The notes below the pieces were generated by a model. The model made no database searches and was not told where the DNA came from. It worked only from the letters and a program-made list of their open reading frames with translations. Of a stretch of DNA of 64,000 nt, positions 52,889-64,000 are shown one piece after another (positions within the stretch are counted from its first letter, which is position 1; each line of letters begins with the position of its first letter). Origin of the DNA: Octopus sinensis (Eukaryota). The DNA is taken from the NCBI RefSeq assembly GCF_006345805.1, contig NC_043000.1, forward strand, positions 35,898,001 through 35,962,000. The letters run 5' to 3'. A program made the position numbers and the translations under genes.

Positions 52889-53437
52889 GCCTGATGCAGT
52901 AACAGGCAGTGGCTCTCATGGCTTCTGATCTTAACTGATTGGAAGTGTTATCATGTACATTGTTTTGTCTTGGTATAAAAGATGGGCTACAGCAAATATT
53001 CTGCTCAATACCACAGATTTGCTTGTCAGTTGTTTGACCTTAACCAGTTGAGCATGTCCCTTAGTGGCTGACGATATGTGCATCTCTGATCACGAGCAGA
53101 AGTAGTGGGGGAGCATCATAGCCATGTGTTGAGAGGGATTCTTTGGGGTTTGAATAAATCACCTCTGGAAACATGGGTGGTTCTTTCAACATCCTTAAAC
53201 AACCCTTATTCAGGGACGTTTTGGGCGGGATGGGCTACTCAACCTGAAGAAAATTCTAACTGGGCCCCACCTGCAAGGTCATGTGCTGTTTATCTTGATA
53301 TGAGATCACCATGTCGCGCACATATGGTTGTGATGCATGTGTCTGGTGTACCTTTATCAGACGGGTAGTCATGATGGGTATATTGGGCTTCGTATATTTT
53401 ACTCCAGTGTCACTTTGATGGCATGCACTGCTCTCTC
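52889..53437 (+). mobile_element. 549-bp non-coding cassette flanked by (AAT)n on both sides
   Basis: Sharp AAT boundaries, 5' hairpin GCCTG...CAGGC, no credible ORF, no tRNA head. Confidence 0.55.
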
Positions 53438-53472
53438 AATAATAATAATAATAAAATAATAATAATAATAAT

Positions 53473-55630
53473 CAAAAGATGCGGTGAATGTCATGCACGA
53501 ATAGTTGCACAATTCAGCACCTTGTTAAATGCCGATCAAGTAACACCAGAGTGGTTGACATTGGGTAGGATAGTGCTGAGCTTGAAAAACATTGCAAAAG
53601 GCAATACGGTAGACAATCACAGGCTGTTTGTCACTTATGTGGAAGTTATTGACTGGAATACTCGCAGAATCAACATACGAACGTTTGGAAAAAAATAGAG
53701 TCCTGCCACATGAGCAGAAGGGTTGCAAGCGTAAGTGCAGAGGTACCAAGGATCAACTCCTGATAGACGAAACTGTACTTTGAGACTACAAGAGGAGGAA
53801 AAGTAACTTAGCCATGTCATGGATCGATTATCCTTAGGCGTATGATATGATATCACATTCTTAGATTATGGAGTGTATGAACCTGTTTGGCATTGCATCG
53901 AATGTTGAGCGATTACTTGGAAAAAGTATGGCGAATTGGAGGACAGACATGACAGCACACGGAAGAAGCTTAGGGAGAGTAGAAATAAGGAGGGCATCTT
54001 CCAAGAGGAATGCCTGTCCCCACTCATCTTTGTACTGTGCTTGATACCACTAACACTGATTGTAAAGAAAGCAAAAGCTGGGCACGTATTCAAAAGCCGC
54101 CTACAAAAAGTCAACCATTTGTTATTCATGGATGACCTCAAACCTTATGGTAAAGAGGAATCCCAAGTCAGTTCCCTCATTGATACGGTGTATATTTTCA
54201 GTGCTGATATCAGAATGGAGTTCGGACTGAGAAAGTGTGGTGTGTTAGTATTAAAGAGAGGCAAAATCAAATGTATGGACGGGCTAAAGATACCGTCGGG
54301 GGAGGTTATGAAGTAGATAGAAGAGATGGGCTATAAGTACTTGGGGATATTGGAAATGAGATGAATTGATGGAGAAAGAAATGACAGAAAAATTTAAGGT
54401 GGAGCACTTGCGCCGACTGAGATTGATTCCAAAGTCGAAATTGAATGGATGGAATAAGATCGAAGTTATCAACACCTGGTCGGTTTCACTCCTTAGATAT
54501 GGTGCAAGGGTACGCGCATGGACAGTAGACGAACTAAACAACTTAGACAGAAAAACAAGAAAGTTGCTTACTAGATATGGGTCACTCCACCCAAAAAGTG
54601 ACACAGACAGACTGTATGTACCAAGAAAAAGAGGGAGAGAGGACTTATTGGATGCGAACACAGCATTAGAGCAGAAGAAAACAACATAGCATGGTATGTA
54701 AAAAAATGTCACAGAACTGCTATTATTGGAAGTCAGGCTTGTGTAGTATGAAAGATTGCAAAGATAAAGCACCGTACAAATACTTGAATGAATGAAATTT
54801 GAAATTGGTGGATAAATAAAAGAATGCATGGACAATTTCATAGGGATGTTGAAGATAAGAAAGACAGAGAAAAAAGAAGGCTATGAATAACTAAAAGTGA
54901 CCTAAAAAATGAAACGAATTTGTGCTGTTCTAATTTGTGCTGCCCAAGAGCAAGCATTAAGAACGAATTACATCAAATACCGAATAGACAACACATCAGA
55001 AAGTGACTAGTGCAAAGTATGTGAACAAAAAGTTAAAACTTTATGGCATATTACCAGTTAATGTACGCCACTAGCGCAGAAAAAATATGAGACATCATTG
55101 CACACTTTGCAAGAAGTATGGATTAACAGATCAAAACAGTGGTACGAACATAAACATCATCGAAAACGTTGATGCAAAGTTCCTATGGGATTTTATGATT
55201 CAGTGCAACCATGAGATAGAGATTTGGAAACCAGACATAGTGTTAATTGAGAAAGGAAGCAAACTATGCTGGATCATAGATATATACCATGCCCAGTTGA
55301 CAACAAGGAATGCGATAAGGAAGAAAGAAAAGTCGAGAGATATGACAGGTTATATTGTGAGATTAAGCAGTTGTGGTCGCTGAAAAAGGTGGTAGTAGTA
55401 CCAATAATTGTGGGAGCCCTGGGAACAGTGAGTAAAAATCTTGAGAAGTACATGGAACAAATATAGGCTGCAATAAGAGTGGAATACTTGCAGAAAACAG
55501 TACTGCTTGGAACCGCTCGAATGCTCCGGAAGGTGCTCCAAAATTAAGAGGTGTTACCTTAGTTCACTGGTAGTGAACAGCTGACGCTGTAGTACATCTC
55601 CAGCGTTAGAAGATGTGCAAAGACAATAAA
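53473..55630 (+). mobile_element. Decayed R4/Dong-type LINE, second family (RT, zinc knuckle, endonuclease, 3' UTR)
   Basis: QEECLSPLIF, NHLLFMDDLK, YKYLG, DRLYVPRKRGRE, KPDIVLIEK, PIIVGALG; frameshifted. Confidence 0.9.
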
Positions 55631-56770
<1,140 letters not shown>

Positions 56771-56787
56771 AAAGAAGAAAAAAAAAG

Positions 56788-56845
<58 letters not shown>

Positions 56846-56870
56846 TAATAATAATAATAATAATAATAAT

Positions 56871-57062
56871 CTTTTCTCCTATAAGCACAAGGTCAGAAAG
56901 TTTAGAGAAGGAGAATAGTCGACCACATAAGACCCCAGTACTCAACTGGTACTTATTTTATCGAATCCGAATGAATGAAAGGCAAGGTCGATTTCAGTGA
57001 AATTTGAACTTCGAATGTAAAGCCGGAAGAAATTCTGTTAAGCATTTTGTTCGGCGTGCTAA
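56871..57062 (-). mobile_element. Family B SINE
   Basis: Reverse complement of the shared central domain. Confidence 0.75.
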
Positions 57063-57560
57063 TAAATAAACAATGTTTTAAAAAAAGTATTTATCGTTCA
57101 TTTAATATTTGGTACAAGTACAAGCCAATATATGGCACAACGAAATCGCCTCAAATTCACAAGTCTTGATAAATGTATGAACAGCATATATACGTTGTGC
57201 ACCGTGCTAAACCATGATGAAAACTAAAAGCACGAAACGATAAAGAATTAGCTTCATGAAGTCACTATTACAACCAGTCTACCTTCACTAGTGCCTCACC
57301 AATGGCCGTTTAAAATATGGGAGGTTTGTCTGCCGCACTCTGTATTTAAAAAACTGTAAAATTTTATAAAGATTGAATATCGTGCTTGCGTAAATGCTAA
57401 ATTATAAATTATGAGATAAATAAAATAAATCAATATTAAAATAAATCAATATATTAAATATCAATATATTAAAAATACAAGAGTTATGAAATATAAAACA
57501 AATACATAATTTAATAGAATGTCAATATGTTAATGAATACAAGAATATACATGCATACTA

Positions 57561-57631
<71 letters not shown>

Positions 57632-58519
57632 TATATATGTACGTGTGTAAGTGTATATTAATAAAAATCTATTTATAGAATATAGGTTAAAATATATCAA
57701 TAATTATACGAAAACTATTAAAAATTATGAAGAAAATATTTTTAAATATGACTTCAAAAATGATAAATGAAAAACGAAATTATACAAATAATTTATATAA
57801 AAATGTATCAATAAAAATGTATCCATAAAAATATAAATGTATAACTTAAAAAATATTTTTAATATAAAGAAAATAAACAGTGAAAATAATATATATAAAA
57901 GTAAATAGCATAAAATTATTAAATAAGAAAAAATAATAACAGAATGTTGAAAATAAAACAAGAAATAAAAATAAATTAACAGCAAAGAGTAAATAAGAAA
58001 ATAAACACTATTAGGAGTATTATGTTAGTGGAATAACTATTATAGTGGACCCTAAAGTAAGTACAGATAATGAAGATGTAGGGGTTTTGTAAGTACGAAG
58101 CGCGGGGTAATGATGATGCAGCGAGGTGTAAGCACGAAGCAAATAATTCCTGTTTGAAGATTTGAGAACAAAACATGTAATATGGAAGACAGGGTGCTGG
58201 CTTTGAGTATTGTAACGAATGGATTTGGGTGTAAGATCCTAGCTGTAGGACGTACGACATAAATACTAAAACATTTTTTACTGGATGTAGAATAAGACGT
58301 GTTAATATTGTATAGAGAGCTCTGATGAAGTGGGTGTTTGAATCTTATCATCTGAGAATGTTGATGTTGTTATCTGTTGTTGAACAGGAAGATAATATTG
58401 ATGAGAGCTGGTTAATCAGTTTTCAGTTGGTATTTGTGCCAAAGCATATAAAGATCAATTCAGATTTAAAATTGAGAATGAGCCAAGCGCGGACAAGTAA
58501 AGCAAAATAGTCCGTGTCC

Positions 58520-59439
58520 ATTTTGGTATTATGCTTTTGTACAGTCATAAAATTCTCCTCTTGATTTTAAAGCGGGTGTTTTGTTGGACAAAATTTTTTT
58601 TTATTTTGTTTCCTTACAAAAAAAAGTTTTTAAAAATTTTGTTTCCTTTATTTTTTATTTTGTTTCCTTACAAAAAAGTTTTTTTTAAAATTTTGTTTCC
58701 TTTATTTTTATTATAGAAATTAAAATGTACTTTTACTCATTTGGATTTAAACGAGTTAACTCGGACATTGAAAAAATACATATAAATTAACTATCATCGA
58801 TTTTTTATAAGATGTATTGCTTTTAAATCAAAGGAATTTTTTTTTTTAAATGAGATAGACAGTTTATTTAGAATGATAATTTTTAAAACAAGGAGTTATA
58901 CACAAAGTTATCTTACAGACATCACACATGTACCTGCTTTCTCTTCGAATCTTCTCTTCTCTGCGCATTTTGCACACTGTCTTGTAGGGTTCTTTTTCTT
59001 AACACTTGGTGGTATTTCCATGGGAAAGTGACCGGCTGGGGAAAATCTTGTTGGATGTGGGATCAATGATGGTCTTCCTGGTTTCGTAGGAGGCAATAAG
59101 GGCCTATATTTTTCAATAATCTTGGTGACTATTTGCATTCAAAATTTCAGCGGTTTCATAGCAGAAACTGAAGTTTCCGAAGATGCTTTATACAAAACAA
59201 AAGCATTCCAGAGAGCCAAATCAATCAAATGAAAAAATACATTTTAGAATATTTTTTTCCCACGTATATTTTTTCCACGAGTAAATTCGTGATTGCTCAA
59301 AAATGAAACGACACAAAACAAATAAACTCCTTTGAGTGCTAAAATTAAAAGTTAATTTTGACCGAGCATACTCGTCTGGTTCTAAAAAGAGAAATTTGCG
59401 AAGCACGAGTAAACTCGGGATAATCAATTAAGGGGTTAA
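58520..59439 (-). mobile_element. piggyBac-like transposon 3' remnant
   Basis: FFHLIDLALWNAFVLY, HFPMEIP..KKNPTRQCAKC Cys-rich tail; TTAACCCC end at 59431-59439. Confidence 0.75.
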
Positions 59440-59566
59440 ATCACCGTTTGTCTATTCCGCAATGCAGAAAGTAAACTGCAACACAGACCCGCACACATCA
59501 ACACACACGCACTCATCCAGAAACCGCACATATTCATAAACATGCATATATCCACACACACACACA

Positions 59567-59597
<31 letters not shown>

Positions 59598-59680
59598 CAA
59601 ACACACACACGCACAAACTCACCCTCTCTATATATAACATATTCGGACACGTCTAGATGCATGTCTAGATATATGTACAT

Positions 59681-59715
<35 letters not shown>

Positions 59716-60078
59716 TATATATATGTATATGTATATATATATACATACACATACTGTGTATCTCTAAGTACTTATACATATATGTATATATACAGGTGCC
59801 AATTTTTATCATATATATCATATATATCCATATATATGTATATCCATATACATATAAATGTATGTATTTATACACACATGTATATGCATACATATACATG
59901 TGTGTATATATACGAACATGCATACATAACACATACATGTATATATACATATACATATGTATGTATATTACATACATATATGTATGTGTAGGTATCTAAA
60001 TGTTATATGTATTTGCGTATATGTACACACACTCATAAAGAAGCACACACATATACATGCATCCTTATATATTCTTTC

Positions 60079-60390
60079 TTTTACTCTTTTCCTTGTTTCA
60101 GTCATATGACTGCGGTCATGCTGGAGCACCGCCTTCATTCGAGCAAATCGACCCCCAGTACTTATTCTATCGGTTTTCTTTTGCTGAACTGATAAGTTAC
60201 GGGGACGTAAAGGCACCAGTTTCGGTTGTTAAGTGATTTTGGGTGAGAGGGGGTGGACAAACATAGACACAAACATATACACACTCATATATACACATAC
60301 ACACTCATATATATATATATATATATATGACAGGCTTCTTCCAGTTTCCGTCTACCAAATCCTCTCACCAGGCTTTGGTCAGCCCGAGGC
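60079..60390 (-). mobile_element. Family A SINE, 5'-truncated
   Basis: Reverse complement of 22390-22782. Confidence 0.82.
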
Positions 60391-60407
60391 ATTTTTTTCG
60401 ATGGCCG

Positions 60408-60468
60408 GATAACTGAAGAGATGGCGGCGTGGATTTTCACCCCGATATCCGAAACTCAGAGTTTTATC
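60408..60468 (+). ncRNA. Hammerhead ribozyme, near-canonical
   Basis: GATAA CTGAAGA [GAT..CGG..GTG/CAC..CCG..ATC hairpin] C GAAAC TCAGAG TT TTATC; stem I GATAA/TTATC, stem III ACT/AGT. Confidence 0.65.
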
Positions 60469-60570
60469 ATGGCTACCGAATAATTGTGGCATATTACATT
60501 TACAGATAAATTCCTCTATTTACATAATATCGAGGTCTCTTTCATTCTTTAGTTGTCTTACCATTTCTAT

Positions 60571-60610
<40 letters not shown>

Positions 60611-60619
60611 TATATATGT

Positions 60620-60824
60620 GACCACGTGTGTGCCGTTGGCGATTTTTTCCCTCCGTCTCCGTTCCTTCGGATCTTTCCTTTTCCTATGTTTCTGACGAAG
60701 AGCTCCGCTCGAAAAGTTAAACCCTCCTTCTTTCTTTCATTCCTGAGCGTCCAATAATACTATACTTGTTCCACGTCCTCGCGTTGTTGTGTTGTGTTTT
60801 CTCGTTGAGTTTTCATGTTTGGAT

Positions 60825-60830
<6 letters not shown>
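60620..60830 (+). mobile_element. Solo Penelope terminal repeat with hammerhead at 60688-60722
   Basis: Homologous to the reverse complement of 42770-42900; GTTT CTGACGA A GAGC TCC GCTC GAAA AGTT AAAC (stem III C to A). Confidence 0.75.
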
Positions 60831-60900
<70 letters not shown>

Positions 60901-61050
60901 GACGGGGTTCTTTCAGTTTCCGTCTACCAAATCCACTCATCCACTCACAAGGTATTGGTCGGCCCGAGACTATAGTCCAAGGTGCCATGTAGTGAGACTG
61001 AACCCGGAACGATGTTGTGTAAGCAAGCTACTTACCACACTCCTGCGCCT
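60901..61050 (-). mobile_element. Family A SINE 5' half
   Basis: Reverse complement head AGGCGCAGGAGTGTGGTAAGTAGCTTGC. Confidence 0.8.
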
Positions 61051-61454
61051 ATATGTACGGTTTATTAGTAAAATCATACTTTATTAGTGTTACAATATAT
61101 ACAATATATGTGTGCATGTATGTAAATATTATATATATGTATGTACATGTCTATATATTTATTTATATATGTTCGTATATCTATATATATATATTTACAT
61201 ATGTGCATTTTGTTAGTAAAATGACACTTTACAAATATACAGTTGTATAAATACTTTGTGTATTGTCAATGATCTAAAAAATATTTTAAATTCGTTGACT
61301 AAATACGATGTATTGAAACAGCTGTACATTTGTGAAGTATCGTTGTTCCATAAGCAAAATGCATATACATACAGCACGTGCATACAAACATATATCTATA
61401 CATATACACGTACATACATACATACATACATACATGCATACATACATACATACA

Positions 61455-61488
<34 letters not shown>

Positions 61489-63017
61489 CATACATACATA
61501 CATACATAAATACATACATGCATACATACATACATATGTATGTGTGTGTGTGTTTTATTTGTGTGCGTGGGCTTGTGTTGTTGTTTGTATGTGCGTGCGT
61601 GTGCTTAATCTCGTCCGCCGTATTTGACGAAAATCTGGCAGCTGCAAGAAGCAAATATATGAAATATATAAATAATTGAAAGAAAGAGAGCAGGAAATAA
61701 TGAAAGAGAAAAGAAGAGTAAGCTGGCTGTAGTTATGGTGTTTGTACATTAATGACCAATGGGAACAATGAATTCGACCACGTAGCACTTCAGCAGGGAA
61801 CACATTTGTGTCGGGCGTCAGAGAATTACAACCTGCCCCACCTCTCTTTACACCTTCGGTGTGTCTGAAGGTAAAGAAGTGGCGATATTTCATTGTTGCA
61901 ATGTGTGATCCTCTACCCTCGTTATGCAATTCCGCCGTCGGTGGCACGAAACGTTGCCGCCATCAGACCAAGATTTACTACGCTGTACTTCAATAAAGGA
62001 CGCAATACTGTGGCGATCCTAGAGAACCGCCACTTCTGTCTATACGACATCATACTGCGTTTGTGAAAGTACGAAAATGGCCGCAGTTCATTGTCGCCAC
62101 TGTTTGGAATACACCAAATGACCAATATTAGATTGGTTGAGTCTTAATGGAAGACCTGTCAGTCGCGCATCACTCAGTTATACTCACAAAAGATTAACGA
62201 GTATTTGAATTTGGAGTTTATCATTTCCACAACATTTGTTTTTGTAACTATAACTAAGAATCCATCAGCCTAGTGATCTCGTTGAGCCCTCTGTCACCAA
62301 CACGAGATTTTCTGTCCATCTACACTAGTTTTCTCTTCCGATTGTCTCCTCTTCTTGTTGTTTTCCAAGCGCAGTGGACAAAGAACACTTAGAACAAGGA
62401 AGTTGAGAAGAAAATATTTCAATCCTAGACTAATGCTAGCTTTTATTTTTAAGTGAGAAACAGCTGCATCGTCGTCAGACTCTCTCTGTCGCTCTCACAC
62501 ATTACGTTCAGTGGATTGATAAAGTCTTGACAATTTGAACAAGAATGCCAAAATGGTTTCTGGGTTCTTGGTGTGAGTCAAGATTATAAAACATCATTCG
62601 AGTTGCTTACACTGCGTCATGGATTCCAACACAGCATGATGCTTTGTCACCACCTGGTCTGCTGCTTCTAACTTTGGAGATGTGGAGATAAAGATTACTT
62701 GTTTCCTTCCTGCCACATTTGAATGAAATACAGAAAATTAATTTGCATATATACACTTTATTAGAGAGGCACTGAATCCCCTCCTCCAAACTCATCTACA
62801 TTCGTCAGATTGATTTTTATCCTGTAGGCATCTACAATGGCAGTCCTCATCAGGTAATTTCTTTTGCCCCCGACGACGGTGAGCAGTTACCTTATTTTTT
62901 TTCCATAGCTGGCAGCACTAGAGAGCACGTGGTGATATGTAACATCGGGTTTGAAATCTCAGTGCCAAACCAATTAGCTAGATCGGTCGTAATGCGTCTA
63001 TAACACGGTATACATTG

Positions 63018-63075
<58 letters not shown>

Positions 63076-63077
<2 letters not shown>

Positions 63078-63849
63078 TATTGGCGAATTGAAGAAATGGA
63101 GCTGAACGCAGATTGAACAGAAATCGTTTTATTTCATTCTACACGTGTTTCGAAAGGCACAAATTACCAAAATCCGATTGAATAATGGGACCATATTGTG
63201 TCTTTCTCTTCAGGAAGAAAAAGGAAATCCGCTGGAAAAACAAAAACAGAACAGAGGCGGAGCAAAAACAAATCGAACTATGCTCCTAAGAGCCCATGGC
63301 GAAACTGTTTATCAGTGTATGTTGAGAACCGGTGGCTGAAGAATTCAACGGGTCAGGCATCGGTCAATCATGTGGGTGAGGGTGTATAGATGTTCTTTGT
63401 GACCGAGAATAAAGTTCTGACTATTTAAGGAATATTGGATGTTTTATAAGGGGCGCCTTATAAAACATCGCCCCTTATAAAACATCCAATATTCCTTAAA
63501 TAGTCAGAACTTTATTCTCGGTCACAAAGAACATCTATACACCCTCACCCACATGATTGACCGATGCCTGACCCGTTGAATTCTTCAGCCACCGGTTCTC
63601 AACATACACTGATAAACAGTTTCGCCATGGGCTCTTAGGAGCATAGTTCGATTTGTTTTTGCTCCGCCTCTGTTCTGTTTTTGTTTTTCCAACGGATTTC
63701 CTTTTTTCTTCCTGAAGAGAAAGACACAATATGGTCCCATTATTCAATCGGATTTTGGTAATTTGTGCCTTTCGTAACACGTGTAGAATGAAATAAAACG
63801 ATTTCTGTTCAATCTGCGTTCAGCTCCATTTCTTCAATTCGCCAATAAT
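63076..63849. mobile_element. Near-perfect 774-bp palindrome of a Penelope-like 3' end
   Basis: Arms 63076-63455 and 63469-63849 differ by 2 substitutions and one 1-bp homopolymer indel; 13-nt spacer; LQPPVLNI resembles the end of a GIY-YIG ORF. Confidence 0.9.
63132..63221 (-). ncRNA. Hammerhead ribozyme with intact core (mirror copy 63704-63793 has GAAA to GTAA)
   Basis: TTTTCTTC CTGAAGA GAAAGACAC...GTGCCTTTC GAAAC ACGT GTA GAATGAAA. Confidence 0.78.
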
Positions 63850-64000
63850 GTTTTAATTTCAATTATCCGCACCAACGCACGGTTGCAACGCCAGATGGTT
63901 GTACCTCCAACCGTGCTGTTTACTGCTGTGATTTTTGCTACTAAGGTATCGGTTAAACTTTTGATTAATCTACTACAAGATTATTCATCTTTCTATTTCA

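Noticed and set aside
57205-57250. ATGATGA...GAAACGATA motif
   Set aside because: The core is mutated and there is no convincing stem II; at best a very decayed ribozyme.
58590-58712. ~49-bp tandem duplication; also 16-bp x3 at 41296 and 26-bp x2 at 33420
   Set aside because: Simple local duplications; not a CRISPR array, since there are no unique spacers and the context is eukaryotic.

Overview
AT-rich, microsatellite-saturated eukaryotic DNA. The SINE families and repeat landscape look like an octopod cephalopod genome; this is pattern recognition, not a database result. There is a 100-N scaffold gap at 40469-40568. No host protein-coding gene can be called with confidence. Nearly all long ORFs in the track are microsatellite artefacts, and only a few weak minus-strand exon candidates exist. 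The window is mostly transposon remains: tRNA-derived SINEs, R4/Dong-type LINEs in (AAT)n arrays, Penelope-like elements, RTE and CR1/L2 3' ends, mariner, piggyBac and Helitron fragments, and one rearranged Ty3/gypsy LTR element. Four signals stand out. (1) A palindromic element with two back-to-back tRNA-like Pol III heads, each reading outward through (AAT)n into a minimal hammerhead ribozyme (15978-16517). (2) A repeated architecture of inverted repeats with outward-facing hammerheads, including a near-perfect 774-bp palindrome (63076-63849). (3) A gypsy element whose primer-binding position is complementary to the 5' end, not the 3' end, of tRNA-Phe. (4) The same element keeps gag, a -1 frameshift signal and protease, while RT/RNaseH/integrase are deleted or inverted. 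All coordinates and folds were read by eye.
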